A stretch of DNA of 64,000 nucleotides. Source: Dehalococcoidia bacterium. Lineage in GTDB: Bacteria; Chloroflexota; Dehalococcoidia; Bin125. Where the stretch lies: NCBI GenBank assembly GCA_963663895.2, contig CAXXRD010000002.1, forward strand, positions 288,001 through 352,000, given 5' to 3'. Of the stretch, positions 1 to 11,185 are shown one piece after another. The number at the start of each line of letters is the position of its first letter. Within the stretch, counting starts at the first letter, position 1. The notes under the pieces are model-generated. The model did no database searches, was not told the origin of the DNA, and saw nothing but the letters and a program-made list of their open reading frames with translations. Both the position numbers and the translations under genes were made by a program.

Positions 1-7
1 GAAGCGC

Positions 8-1135
8 ATGCGTGAGGTTGTCGTGCTCGGCGGCGGGCTCCATCCCTTTGGCCGGTTCCCGGAGAAGTCGTTCGTCGACCTGACGACGCCGGCGGTTCGC
101 GAGGCGCTCGACGACGCGGGCGTCTCCTTCCAAGAGGTGCAGATCGCCTACTGCGGCCGCGTCTATGCGCCGATGGGAACGGGCCTGGCCGTCGTCAATG
201 AGTTCGGGCTGACCGGCATCCCCATCGTCAACGTCGAACAGGCCTGCTCGAGCAGCTCGACCGCCTTCCGGCAGGCTTATTGGGCGATCGGGCAGGGGCT
301 CTACGACGTCGCCCTGATCGTGGGCTTCGAGAAGATGGAGCGCGGCATGATCAAGATGGCCGCCCAAGACTCATACGAGGTGCAGATGGGGCAGAGCGTG
401 GCGCCCGCCGGCTACGCGCGGAAGGCGCAGCAATACATGCACCGCCACGGCGCCACGCCGGAGATGTTCGCGCAGATCTCCGTGAAGTCCCACAAGAACG
501 GCTCGCTCAATCCCAACGCGCAGTACCAGAAACCGGTGACCCTCGAAGAGGTGCTGGCATCGCGAATGATCGCGTCGCCGATCACGCTGCTGCAGTGCTC
601 GCCCACCTCCGATGGCGCCTCTGCGCTGGTGCTGGCGAGTGCGGAGCGGGCGCGCAAGTATTCGTCGCCGGACCGCTGGATGACGATCGCCGGCTGGGCC
701 GCGGGGACGGAAGCGTACGAAGAGGATCCGGGCGAGGAGGGTGATCTCGAACCCACGGTCACCAGACTCAGCGCCGAGCTGTATGAACGGGCCGGGATCG
801 CGCCGGCCGACATCGACGTGGTCCAGGTCCACGACGCCTTCACGCCCGGCGAGGTGCTGCGCCTGGAGGCCATGGGGCTCGTTCCAGAAGGGGAGGGAGC
901 CCGCTTCGTGGCGGAAGGCGGCGCCGACATCGACGGACCGGTCCCGGTCAACACGGACGGCGGCTTGATCAGTCGCGGACATCCCATGGGAGCGACGGGC
1001 GCGGCGCAGATCGTGGAGATCCTGCGTCAACTCCGAGGCGAGGCGGGAGACCGTCAGGTCCCGGGCGAGCCCAAGGTCGGTGTTTGCCACAACTCCGGCG
1101 TGGGCGGCGTCAACATGCACGCTTTCAAGAAGTAG
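8..1135 (+). CDS. Thiolase family protein, SCP2/SCP-x type
   Basis: 375 aa; NVEQACSSS catalytic Cys region, QVHDAF motif typical of SCP2-type thiolases, GHPMGATG motif. Confidence 0.9.
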   Translation: MREVVVLGGGLHPFGRFPEKSFVDLTTPAVREALDDAGVSFQEVQIAYCGRVYAPMGTGLAVVNEFGLTGIPIVNVEQACSSSSTAFRQAYWAIGQGLYDVALIVGFEKMERGMIKMAAQDSYEVQMGQSVAPAGYARKAQQYMHRHGATPEMFAQISVKSHKNGSLNPNAQYQKPVTLEEVLASRMIASPITLLQCSPTSDGASALVLASAERARKYSSPDRWMTIAGWAAGTEAYEEDPGEEGDLEPTVTRLSAELYERAGIAPADIDVVQVHDAFTPGEVLRLEAMGLVPEGEGARFVAEGGADIDGPVPVNTDGGLISRGHPMGATGAAQIVEILRQLRGEAGDRQVPGEPKVGVCHNSGVGGVNMHAFKK

Positions 1136-1163
1136 CCGGCCCGGCACCAGCGCACGGCCGTAT

Positions 1164-1192
1164 TTGACCTAGCTTCCGACGGAGGGTATGCA
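1164..1192 (+). promoter_or_regulatory. Possible sigma70-type promoter for the LLM gene
   Basis: TTGACC-17 nt-TATGCA in the 1136-1248 intergenic gap; imperfect -10. Confidence 0.35.
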
Positions 1193-1248
1193 GGCGTCGG
1201 CGGATTCTTGCGTCCGCACGAGAGACCTTCGACCTCAAGGGATATGCG

Positions 1249-2244
1249 ATGCAATACGGCCTAATGATGGTGCTGAGCCCGCGGGAACCGATCGCTCGCT
1301 TTCCGACGATCGCCAAACGCGCCGAGGATCTGGGGTTCAGCACCGCCTGGCTGGGCGAATCACAGCTCATCGCCAAAGACGCTTACGTCGCCCTGGCGCT
1401 GGCGGCAGGCGAGACGAACCGAATCCAGCTCGGGCCGGGAGTCGCCAACCCGGTGACGCGACACGCAACGGTGCTGGCGAACACCATGGCGGCGCTGCAC
1501 GAAGTCAGCGCGGGCCGCAGCGTCTTGGGCATCGGCACGGGCGACAGCGCCGTGCGGACGATCGGCGTCAAGCCGGCGACCGTGGCCGAACTCGGCACCT
1601 GCATCGATCGGATCCGCGCCTTGCTGAACGGGGAGGAGATCGATCTGGACGGCCACGGAGTCCAACTGCTGACGGCCAACGGCCCGCTGCCGATCTTCGT
1701 GTCCGCAAGTCAGCCGCGGATGCTGCGACTCGCCGGCGCCAAGGCCGACGGGGTCGTGCTGATGGGGGGCGCGGAGCCCGGAGTGACGCAGTGGCAGCTG
1801 GATCACATCCAGGCCGGCGCACGGGAAGCCGGGCGGAGCTTGGACGACGTCTTCATCGACTTGTGGTTCGCGATCGCAGTTGACGAGGATCGCGCGCAAG
1901 CGCGTCAAGACGTGAGCGCTTGGGTGACCAGCCAAGCGCGCTTCTTCGCCAAATGGAAGACGCTGCCCGCCTCGCTGCAACCCTTTGCGGACGAGTTCGA
2001 GCGCGCCTATCGTTCGTACGACTTCTACCACCACCTCTCGCGGCACGCCGAGCACGCCCAAGGCGTGAGCGAGGAACTCATCGACCTGCTGGCAGTAGCC
2101 GGGCCGGTGGACGTTTGCGTGGAGAAGATCGCGGCGCTGCGCGACTTGAAGATCGACCAGATCACCTTCACGCTACTCTCGGGCGGACGCATGGAGCGAT
2201 TACGGCGGCTCGGCGAAGAGCTCATTCCCGCTCTCGGATCGTGA
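1249..2244 (+). CDS. LLM-class (luciferase-like, possibly F420-dependent) oxidoreductase
   Basis: 331 aa; AEDLGFSTAW, TNRIQLGPGVANPVTRH, GRSVLGIGTGD, PRMLRLAGAKADGV pattern of Mer-like LLM proteins. Confidence 0.88.
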   Translation: MQYGLMMVLSPREPIARFPTIAKRAEDLGFSTAWLGESQLIAKDAYVALALAAGETNRIQLGPGVANPVTRHATVLANTMAALHEVSAGRSVLGIGTGDSAVRTIGVKPATVAELGTCIDRIRALLNGEEIDLDGHGVQLLTANGPLPIFVSASQPRMLRLAGAKADGVVLMGGAEPGVTQWQLDHIQAGAREAGRSLDDVFIDLWFAIAVDEDRAQARQDVSAWVTSQARFFAKWKTLPASLQPFADEFERAYRSYDFYHHLSRHAEHAQGVSEELIDLLAVAGPVDVCVEKIAALRDLKIDQITFTLLSGGRMERLRRLGEELIPALGS

Positions 2245-2281
2245 AGAGCGGGCGGCACGCCCGAGGGAAAGGCACGGGGAC

Positions 2282-3205
2282 ATGATCATCGATTCGCACG
2301 CACACCTGTACGGGCCGAGGGTCACGCCGCGCGCCTGGCTCCAGGCCTTTGCCGACTACGGGAGCGCGATCTCGACCCGCTCATCCGACTACGTCGGCCG
2401 CAAGATCGCGGAGGGTTGGTTCGACGAGACGGGCGATCTGCTGGTCGCGGACATGGACGAAGCGGGCATAGACAAAACGGTCATCATGGCGATCGACTTC
2501 GGCTTGTACGCCGGCACCGATGACGACGTGTCCCTCGAGCAGCGCTACGCGATCTTTTACGAGGCGGTGCAGCGCCACCCGCAGCGGCTTGTGCTCTACG
2601 GCAGCGTCGACCCACGGCGCCCCGGCGCCCCGGACTTCGTGCAGCGCGCCGTCGAGCAGTGGGGAATGAAAGGATTCAAGCTCTGGTGCACGGGCGTAAA
2701 CCCCCAAGACAGCGCCTGCTACCGCGTATACGAGAAGTGCGCGGCGCTCGGGCTTCCGGTCGTCGTGCATACCGGCCAGGAGATCACGCCCGCACGGACC
2801 GAGCCCACGCGGCCGGTGTACGTCGATCAGCCATCCGCCGACTTCCCAGAGGTGACGTTCGTGCTGGCGCACGCCGGCATGGCTTGGTGGGAGGAGGCGG
2901 CAAGCCTGGCCTGGCACCATCCCAACGTCTATCTGGACACGGCCTACTGGCAGATGAAGTACCTCACCGACCCCGCGCAGTTCGCACGGGAGCTGCGCGG
3001 CCTGATCTCAACGGCCGGCAAGGAGAAGGTGTTTTTCGGCAGCGACTGGCCGGCGCTTCGTACCGTGCGCAGGGCGAAACACGATGCCTGGGTGCAGGTC
3101 CTGCGCTCACTTCCGGACGAAGCGCCGGGCGGCGTGCAGTTCGAACGGGAAGAGATCGATCTGCTGCTGGGCGGCGCGGCCGCAAAGGCGCTCAACCTGG
3201 AATAG
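2282..3205 (+). CDS. Amidohydrolase family protein (Amidohydro_2)
   Basis: IIDSHAH metal motif, KGFKL, VVVHTG, LAHAG, NVYLDTA, FFGSDWP. Confidence 0.88.
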   Translation: MIIDSHAHLYGPRVTPRAWLQAFADYGSAISTRSSDYVGRKIAEGWFDETGDLLVADMDEAGIDKTVIMAIDFGLYAGTDDDVSLEQRYAIFYEAVQRHPQRLVLYGSVDPRRPGAPDFVQRAVEQWGMKGFKLWCTGVNPQDSACYRVYEKCAALGLPVVVHTGQEITPARTEPTRPVYVDQPSADFPEVTFVLAHAGMAWWEEAASLAWHHPNVYLDTAYWQMKYLTDPAQFARELRGLISTAGKEKVFFGSDWPALRTVRRAKHDAWVQVLRSLPDEAPGGVQFEREEIDLLLGGAAAKALNLE

Positions 3206-3211
3206 GCGACC

Positions 3212-4595
3212 GTGATGCGTGCCGATCTCAACGACGCCGACAGCCCGTTCGACCCCGTCGCCGCGCGCTGGCGAACGGAAACCCCAACCACCGCCGACGA
3301 ACTACTCGCCTGGCAGTTGGCCCGCGTCTGGGAGATCGCCGAGCGGCTCGCCGTGGACAACCCCTTCTACAAACCGCTGCTGGCGCCGCTGCCCGCAGGA
3401 CGCTCCGCGGCCGACTTTCGCTCCCTCCCCGTGACGACCAAGGACGCCGTCGTCGCCGACTGCCGGGCGCACCCCCCTTACGGGGCCCGCTCGCAGTGCC
3501 GCCCAGACGAGATCCGCACGGTGGTCGAAACCAGTGGCACTTCGGGCAAGGGCCGCGAGATCTACGTCATGAACGATGCCGATGAAGAGGCGGCGATCGC
3601 GATGGAAGCCTGCGGCTTCTGGTGGGCCGGCGTACGGCCGGGGAGCCGCGTTTTGCTCACGCTGCCCGTGGGCATGACGGCGGCGGGCCACTGGTACTAC
3701 GAGGGCCTGCGCCGTCTCGGCGCCAACGTGCTCTCCGTCGGGGCCTATCCGACGCAGAAGAAAGTGGAGATGCTGGCGCGGTACGGCGCGGACCTGGTCG
3801 TCGGCACGCCCACCTACGTGCAGCGGCTGGCGGTGGCGTGTGAGGAAGAGGGCGTCGATCCGGCAGCGCTCGGCGTGCAGGCGCTGATCGTCGCCGGCGA
3901 GGCATACGGCGCTGGGTGGGTGCAGATGATGCAGCAGGTCTGGGGAGCGACCTTGTACGAGCAGTGGGGCTGCACGGAGCGGGCAGTCGCCTGGACCTGT
4001 CCCGGGCGGCGTCTTGCGCGACGGGAGGCTGGGGGTCCTGCACTTCCCGGCCGAGACCGCCTACTGCGAAGTGCTCGACCTGCAGACGAGCGAACCCGTC
4101 GCGGACGGAGGAACCGGCGAGCTTTTCATCACGCCTCTGACCGCCATCGCCTCGCCGTTGCTGCGCTTCGCGACGCGGGACCGCGTGCAGTGGATCGCCC
4201 CCGGCTCTTGCTCGTGCGAGAGGCCGCTCGCGGGCATCCGGGCGGGCAGCGTGCAGCGCTACGACGACATGCTTAAGATCCGCGGCGTCAACGTTTGGCC
4301 CGCGCAGTTCGACGAGGCCGTCTTCGCCATCGACGGTGTCGAGAACTATCGCGGCGTCGTGGGTAGCGCGGCCGACGGCCGGGAGGAGGTCCGGATCACG
4401 GTCGAGTGCGCGGTGGCGCGGGCAGCAGCGGTGCGGCAGCACGTATCGGAGGTCGTGCGCGATCGCATCGGCATCGGGGCCGCCGTGGAGGTGGTGGCGC
4501 TCGGAGAGCTGAGCCGCGCCGTGCCCGAGGGATTCGTCAAGGTTTCGCGCTGGCGCGACGAGCGACTCGCGGCGCGCGGCGTGCACCAGCCGTAA
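3212..4595 (+). CDS. Phenylacetate-CoA ligase (PaaK)-like acyl-CoA ligase, frameshifted near 4005
   Basis: ETSGTSGK loop and GTPTY in ORF 3212..4276; PLLRFATRD and DDMLKIRGVNVWP in ORF 4014..4595; removing one G at 4004-4006 joins them (TCPGGVLRDGRL). Confidence 0.85.
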
Positions 4596-4606
4596 GAGGC
4601 CGGCCC

Positions 4607-6530
4607 ATGGGATACGTCATCAACATCGATACTGGCGGGACCTTCACAGATGGATACGTGACAGGCCCCGCTGGGAGCATCCGGGCCAAGGTGGATACCA
4701 CGCCGCACGATCTCACCGTCGGGATCCTCGCCTGCATCGACCGCGCCGCGAGCTTGCTGGAGATGAGCCGGCCGGAGCTGCTGCGCCAGACCGACGCGGT
4801 GCGCTTCTCGACGACGATCGGGACGAACACGCTGATCAACCGCAGCGGGCCCAAGATCGGGCTGCTACTCGGGGAAACGCTCGGCGATCCGCTCGTGGCC
4901 GAGCTGGCCGCAGAGCTCCCCCTGGACCGCGAACTCGTTCAGCTCGTCCCGGAAACGGAGCAGGACGGCGCGAGAGTCATCGCCGCCGTCCATACCCTGC
5001 TCGAGCGGGGCGCCCGGATCCTCGTCGTCGCGCTCAGCTCCGGGGCCGACTTGCCGGCGCGCGAAGGAGCGCTCCGCTCCCGCATCGCGGCGGACTACCC
5101 GCGCCACTACCTCGGCGCCGTTCCCGTCCTCGCTTCGCATCAAGTCACCCTGGGCGCCGGATCCCCGAGTCCGCGCGCAAACCGCGGTCCTGAACGCCTA
5201 TCTCCACCCCGGCATGAGCCGTGTGCTCTATCGCGTCGAGGTGCAGCTCCGAACCGACGGCTACCGTCACCCGCTGCTCGTCGCCAACGCGGACGCGGGG
5301 ACCTCGCGCGTCGCCAAGACCACCGCCTTACGCACCTGGGGATCAGGGCCTGCGGGAGGAGTAGCGGGAGCGCTGGAACTTACGCGGGAGCTGGGCCTGC
5401 CGCACGTGGTCACGTTAGACGTGGGAGGGACCAGCTCCGACATCAGCGTCATTGAGCAGAGCGGCTGGCACTACGCCGTGCAGCCGCTGATCGAGGGAAT
5501 CGAGGTCGCGCTTCCCGCCGTCGCCCTGGAATCCGTGGGCATCGGCGGGGGGTCGATCGCGCGCGTAGAGGACGGGCGCGTGCGCGTCGGTCCGGAGAGC
5601 ATGGGGGCCCAGCCGGGGCCGGCGGCATTCGGACTGGGCGGACAGGAAGCGACCGTGACGGACGCCGCTTGCTGCTTGGGAATATTCGACCCCGATCATT
5701 TCTTGGGAGGGCGCAAACGCTTGGATGTCGAGGCGGCAGGCGACATCGTGGGCGCACGCGTGGCGGAGCCGCTCGGCGTGGGCGTGACGGAGGCCGCCGC
5801 CCGCATCCTGGAGACCGCAGCCGACGGAATCGCGCAGGTCATCGGCCAACAGCTGCGCCGCCAGGGTCTCGTTTCGTCGGAGGCGGCACTGTTCGCGAGC
5901 GGGGGCGCGGGCGGGCTGCTGGCCCACGCGGTCGCCGATCGCGCGGGACTCGCCGCCGTGTACGGGTTCACCGTCAACTCCGTCTTCAGCGCCTTTGGGC
6001 TCTCCCGGCTCGACATCTCCCACAGCTACGAGGCGCTGCCGGGTACCTCGCTCGGGGGGGACCTTGCAGGGCTCCGGGAGCGAGCGCGGCGCGATATGCA
6101 GGGCGAGGGCATCGACACGAGCGCAGTCAGCTACGCCATTGAAGGCGAGGTAGTTGGATCGGACGGCGATGTGCGCGTCGTCGCGCTGGGCAACAACACG
6201 GACGCGGCGGTCACCGCCGCCGGCGCCCTGCACAACGGCCAACTCCGGCTGGCACGCCTCCGTGCGACGAGCGCCGGCGTCCGGGGCGCACTCCCGCTGG
6301 CAGACGGCGCCTCGCTCGCGACACGCGGCCAGCGCGCCCTGCACCTGGGGGATCGCGTCGCGACGCTGCCGGTCTTCGATTGGGACACCGGAGCAGCGGG
6401 GGCGGAACTCCACGGGCCGGCGATTCTCGAGAGCGCGGAGACCACGCTGCTGATTCCGCCCGGCGCCCGGGGCCGCATCGGCGCACTTGGCGAGATCGTC
6501 CTCCCGCTCGCGGACAGTAGCCAACCGTGA
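4607..6530 (+). CDS. Hydantoinase A/oxoprolinase-family ATPase, ApcA-like subunit, frameshifted near 5153
   Basis: MGYVINIDTGGTFTDG from ATG 4607; STTIGTN; LDVGGTSSD, GIGGGSIA, VGPESMGAQPGPA in the second frame; removing one G at 5152-5154 restores TAVLNAYLHP. Confidence 0.82.
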
Positions 6531-6871
6531 AGCGCCGCATCACCGAATACCTCGACCTCGACACCGCCACGCTTGAGTGGGCGTGCAACCGCTGCGGGCA
6601 GTCGCTGGGACCAGCGGCGAAAAACTACAAGGAAGGCTGCCTCATCGCGGACCGTGACCCGAGAGAGATCTGGCAACCGTTCATCGATGCCTCCTTTAAC
6701 TTTGCCTACAATCCGGGCTGGGCGCGGCTGGTGGAGTTCTACTGCCCCGGCTGCGGGACGATGCTGGAAGTCGAGATGCTTCCCCCCGGCCACCCCATCA
6801 CGCACGATATCGAACTCGACTTGGAGAGCCTGCAGCGCGACGCCGGCGAGCCGGGAAGCAGCGAGTCATGA
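6527..6871 (+). CDS. Acetone carboxylase gamma / ApcB-like Zn-binding small subunit
   Basis: 114 aa; ITEYL start, CNRCG, NYKEG, EFYCPGCG, PPGHP; 4-nt overlaps with both neighbours. Confidence 0.87.
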   Translation: MKRRITEYLDLDTATLEWACNRCGQSLGPAAKNYKEGCLIADRDPREIWQPFIDASFNFAYNPGWARLVEFYCPGCGTMLEVEMLPPGHPITHDIELDLESLQRDAGEPGSSES

Positions 6872-9021
6872 GCGAAGCACTCACCGACCGGGCCGTCATC
6901 GACGTCGATATCGGCGGCACGTTCACCGACTGCTTCGTCCGGATGCCGGACGGCCGCACAACCGCAGTCAAGACTCCGACCACCGGCTACCGCCTCTCCG
7001 CCGGCTTCATGCGCGGGCTCGAGGCCGCCGCCAAGGACTTCGGCCTCACCATCGATGGCCTGCTCGAAACGACAAGCACCATCCGCTACTCGACGACCGT
7101 GGCGATGAACACGCTCCTCCAGCGATCCGGCCCCAATCTCGCCCTGATCACCACCGAAGGGTTCGAGGATGTTCTCTCGATCGCCCGGGGCGCGGCTTGG
7201 ATGGACGCCGCCGTGACGCGCGAGATCCGCAACGTTGCCCGCATCACCAAGCCCGATCCGCTCGTGTCGCGGGAGATGACCTTCGGAGCGCGGGAGCGGA
7301 TCGACAGCTTCGGTGAGGTAGTCCGGCCGCTCGACGAAGAGCACTTCCTGGAAGGACTACGCGGGCTCGTGGATCGCGGGGCGCGAGGCTTCGTGATCGC
7401 GCTCCTGTTCTCCTACCTCAATCCCGCGCATGAGCGGCGCATCCGCGAGCTGATCGAGGGGGAGTTCCCCGAAGCCTACTTGGGGGCCATGCCCATCATG
7501 CTCTCCTCGGAGGTCGTGCCCAAGCGCTGGGAGTACACGCGCACCAACACCACCATCCTCAACGCCTACCTGCACCAAGCGATGTGGGAGGAGCTGTCGG
7601 GGATGGCGGACGAACTGCGCTCGCATCACTATCCCCGCGGCATCATGCTGGTCCACAACTCCGGCGGCATGGCGGAGGTGTACCGGACATCGGCGGCGGC
7701 AACGTTCAACGGCGGCCCGGTGGCGGGGTTGATCGGGGGAGCGGCGGCCGGCCAGGCGTTGGGGCATCCCAACGTGATCGTCACGGACATGGGCGGCACC
7801 AGCTTCGAAGTGGGGCTGATTACCGAAGGTTCGACACGGTTCTACCAGTTCCGTCCGATCATCGACCGCTATTGGGTCGACCAGAGCATGCTGGAAGTGA
7901 AGTCGATCGGCGCGGGGGGCGGCTCCATCGCCTGGATCAACGAGGCCGTGGGCGACCGGCTGGAGGTGGGGCCGCGCAGCGCCGGCTCGATGCCCGGACC
8001 TGCCGCCCTTGGATTAGGCGGAGCCGAGCCCACCGTCACGGACGCCGACGTCGTGCTCAACTACATCTCGCCCGACCACTACTTCGGCGGCAACTTGAAG
8101 CTCGATCGCGACCTGGCGGCGCAAGCGATCGAGGAAAAGATCGCGCAACCCCTGGGAGTATCGGTCGAGGAAGCGGCCGCGCGGATCAAGCGCACCGTCG
8201 ACGCCAACATGGCCGATGTAATCGCCCGCGAGACTTTCCTGCGCGGCTACGACCCGAAGGATTTCGTGCTGTTCGCCTATGGCGGCGCCGGCCCGGCTCA
8301 CTGCACCGGCTACGGCGGACGGCTCGACATTCAGCGCATGCTGGTGTTTCCGTTCTCGGCGGTCTTCTGCGCCTGGGGCTCGTCCACCATGGCGACGATC
8401 CACATCTACGAAGCATCGCGGCGCGTGGAGCTGCTGCAGCCGGTCACCCAGACCCCCACGACCGATTTCACGGCCTTCAACGAAGTGGTGGAGAGTCTCG
8501 AGGAGCAGGCGATCCGCGATCTACACGGCGAAGGCTACGACCTCGATCGGGCCACCTTCCGCTTGGAGTTGGACATCAAGTACGGCGGGCAGATTCATGG
8601 GCACCGCGCCCTGTCGCCGTTGCTCCGCATCGGCTCGACGGCGGACGTGGCACGGATCTACGACGCCTTCGAGCGCGAGTACGCGTCGTTCTTCAGCCCC
8701 GTAAACGTCTTTCCCCAGGGCGGCGTCGAGATCAACAACTTCGTGCTCCGTGCGGAGCTTCCCCAACCGCCGTGGCGCCTCGCCAGCCACGCCGAGACGA
8801 GCGACGACGCCGGCGTCGCACAGACCGCCACGCGGCCGGTCTACTGGGATGCTGCGGGCGGATTCGTCGATACGCCGATCTACGAGCAGTCCCGTCTGCG
8901 TCCGGGGCACAGCATTGAGGGCCCAGCCGTCATCGAGGCGCAGTACACCACCACCGTACTCGATCCCGACTTCCACTTAACCGTCGATCGGCATCTGAAC
9001 CTGATCATCGAAAAGCGGTGA
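6868..9021 (+). CDS. Hydantoinase A/oxoprolinase-family ATPase, ApcC-like subunit
   Basis: 717 aa; IDVDIGGTFTD, YSTTVAMN, TDMGGTSF, GAGGGSIA, VGPRSAGSMPGPA, YGGAGPAH. Confidence 0.88.
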   Translation: MSEALTDRAVIDVDIGGTFTDCFVRMPDGRTTAVKTPTTGYRLSAGFMRGLEAAAKDFGLTIDGLLETTSTIRYSTTVAMNTLLQRSGPNLALITTEGFEDVLSIARGAAWMDAAVTREIRNVARITKPDPLVSREMTFGARERIDSFGEVVRPLDEEHFLEGLRGLVDRGARGFVIALLFSYLNPAHERRIRELIEGEFPEAYLGAMPIMLSSEVVPKRWEYTRTNTTILNAYLHQAMWEELSGMADELRSHHYPRGIMLVHNSGGMAEVYRTSAAATFNGGPVAGLIGGAAAGQALGHPNVIVTDMGGTSFEVGLITEGSTRFYQFRPIIDRYWVDQSMLEVKSIGAGGGSIAWINEAVGDRLEVGPRSAGSMPGPAALGLGGAEPTVTDADVVLNYISPDHYFGGNLKLDRDLAAQAIEEKIAQPLGVSVEEAAARIKRTVDANMADVIARETFLRGYDPKDFVLFAYGGAGPAHCTGYGGRLDIQRMLVFPFSAVFCAWGSSTMATIHIYEASRRVELLQPVTQTPTTDFTAFNEVVESLEEQAIRDLHGEGYDLDRATFRLELDIKYGGQIHGHRALSPLLRIGSTADVARIYDAFEREYASFFSPVNVFPQGGVEINNFVLRAELPQPPWRLASHAETSDDAGVAQTATRPVYWDAAGGFVDTPIYEQSRLRPGHSIEGPAVIEAQYTTTVLDPDFHLTVDRHLNLIIEKR

Positions 9022-9028
9022 GCGAGCC

Positions 9029-11145
9029 ATGACAACCAACGCGCATTCGACCCCCGAGATTCCCGAGCATTTCCGGGTCACGCCGATCGAGATCTCCCCG
9101 AGCACCATGGTGCAGTGGCTCAAGCCGGAGCCGATCAGTCCGCTCGAGCAGCGCGGAATGGATTCGCTGACGCCGGGCGATTACGAGATCTACGACGAGA
9201 AGCTCAAGAACATCCTGGACGAATCCCGCGAGATCTTCGTACGCAGCGGCGTGACCAACCTCCTCACGGCGGGCGACCTGATCGTCGCGGTCTACACGGC
9301 CAACGGAGACCTCGCCAACGCCTCCGCGGGAACCTACCTGCACTGCGTGACCGGTTGCCTGCCCGTCAAGTACGTGATGTCGCAGTACTTCCCCGACCCC
9401 ACCGTCGGGGTGCACGAGGGCGACATCTTTTATACGAACGAGGCGCGCTACGGTGGCATCCACAACCCCGACCAAATGGCCTTCATGCCCGTCTTCCACG
9501 ACGGGGAGCTGATCGCCTGGACGGCCGCGCTTGCCCATCAGCCGGAGACCGGCGCGGTGGAGCCCGGCGGCATGCCCATCCTCGCGCGCAGCCGCAACGA
9601 CGAGGGCATGAAGCTCACGCCGATCAAGGTCGGGGAGAACTACCGGATCAAGCGCGATCTACTGGATATGATGGTGAACTTCATTCACCGATCGCCGCGC
9701 ATGCAGGAGATCGATACGCGGGGCCCGCGTGACCGGCGCCGACCGCTTGCGCGTCCGGATGCAGGAGCTCGCGCGGGCCCAAGGGAACGACTTCGTGCGC
9801 GGGCTGCTGCGCAAACTCGTCGTCGAGGCGGAGGCTTCGGCGCGCCAGCGGATCGCCCGCTGGAACGACGGAATCTACCGCGCGGTCGCGTTCTCCGACA
9901 CGATCGGCCGCGAGCCGGCCTTGGTGCGTGGCCACCTCACCGCCAGCAAGAAGGGCGACACCATTCGGATGGACTTCACGGGGACGTCGCCGGAGAACGA
10001 CTCCTCGTACAACGCCTATCCACACATCGCCGCGGCGCCACGCCGCCATCTATATCTTCGCCTACCCGTTTCACGACCTCCCGGCTTCAAATGGGACGCT
10101 CGCCCCGTTCGACTGGGAGGTACCCGAGGGTACCGTCCTCAACGCCGCCCCCGACGCGGCGATTAGCAACAGCCCGCCGCTCTGCTGCATCGTCATGACG
10201 CCGGCCACGATCGCAATGGCCAAAATGATGTTCGACAGCCCCGATCGCGACAAGGTCGGCGCGCCCAACGGCAACATGGGGAGCGAGATCGTCTTCGCGG
10301 GCACGAGCCAGTACGGCGTCGCGTTCGCTGATCTCGACGGCTGCACCCTGAACACCGAGGGGCAAGGCGCCAGGCCCGACATGGACGGCGCCCATGCCTA
10401 CGGCTTCCCCTGGTGCCACGCGGGGCGAGCGCCGGACGCGGAATTCTACGAGAGCGAATATCCGTTCCTGCGCTTGTTCTATCGCTTGAAGGAGGACTCC
10501 GGGGGCTTTGGGATGTGGCAGGGAGGGCACGGCACTGAGACGGCGCTGGCGCCACGGCACGTTCCCACGATGTTCTGGAGCGCGATCGGCAAGAGCTCCA
10601 ATATCTCGGTTGGGGTGGGGCTCTTCGGCGGATATCCGTCCAGCGCCAGTCCCGGCGTCTGGGTCACCAACACCAATCTGTGGGACAAGCTGACGCGCGG
10701 TGACGACGACGTTCCCACCGACGCCGTCTCAGTCGCCAGGGATCAGACCGTCGACGGCGAGTACCTGATGGAGCATCTAACCCGGCTCACGCGAGTGGGG
10801 CAGAACGGCGACATCATCGTCCAGCTCGCCGCTGGCGGCGGCGGCTATGGTGACGTGCTCGAGCGCGCCCCGGCCCTCGTCCTCAGCGACCTCCGCCAAA
10901 AGAAGATTAGCGAGTGGACGGCTCGAAACATCTATCAGGTGCGCTACGACTCGGAAACCTTGGTGCTCGATCACGACGGCACGCGGGCGGCCCGCGACGC
11001 GGCGCGCCAGGAGCGCATCAAGCAGGGCAAGCCCTGGGACGAGTTCATCGCCGAGTGGTCGACGAAAAAGCCCGACGCCGACGCCTTGAAGTACTTCGGC
11101 CACTGGCCGGACGGCGCTGCCGAGCAGACCCTCGTCCGCATCTAG
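9029..11145 (+). CDS. Hydantoinase B/oxoprolinase-family metal-binding subunit, ApcD-like, two frameshifts (about 9722 and 10038)
   Basis: GDIFYTNEARYGGIHNPD and ALAHQPETG metal-site motifs; MDFTGTSP in the middle frame; DSGGFG and GGGGYGDVLER in the last frame; each junction is repaired by deleting one G or C. Confidence 0.83.
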
Positions 11146-11185
11146 CGATGGGGCAGCGGCCAACCCCTCGGCACAGGGAGCGTCC

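Noticed and set aside
4004-10039. Programmed ribosomal frameshifting in the Apc-like locus
   Set aside because: No X-XXY-YYZ slippery heptamers at the junctions, and similar indels occur in unrelated genes.
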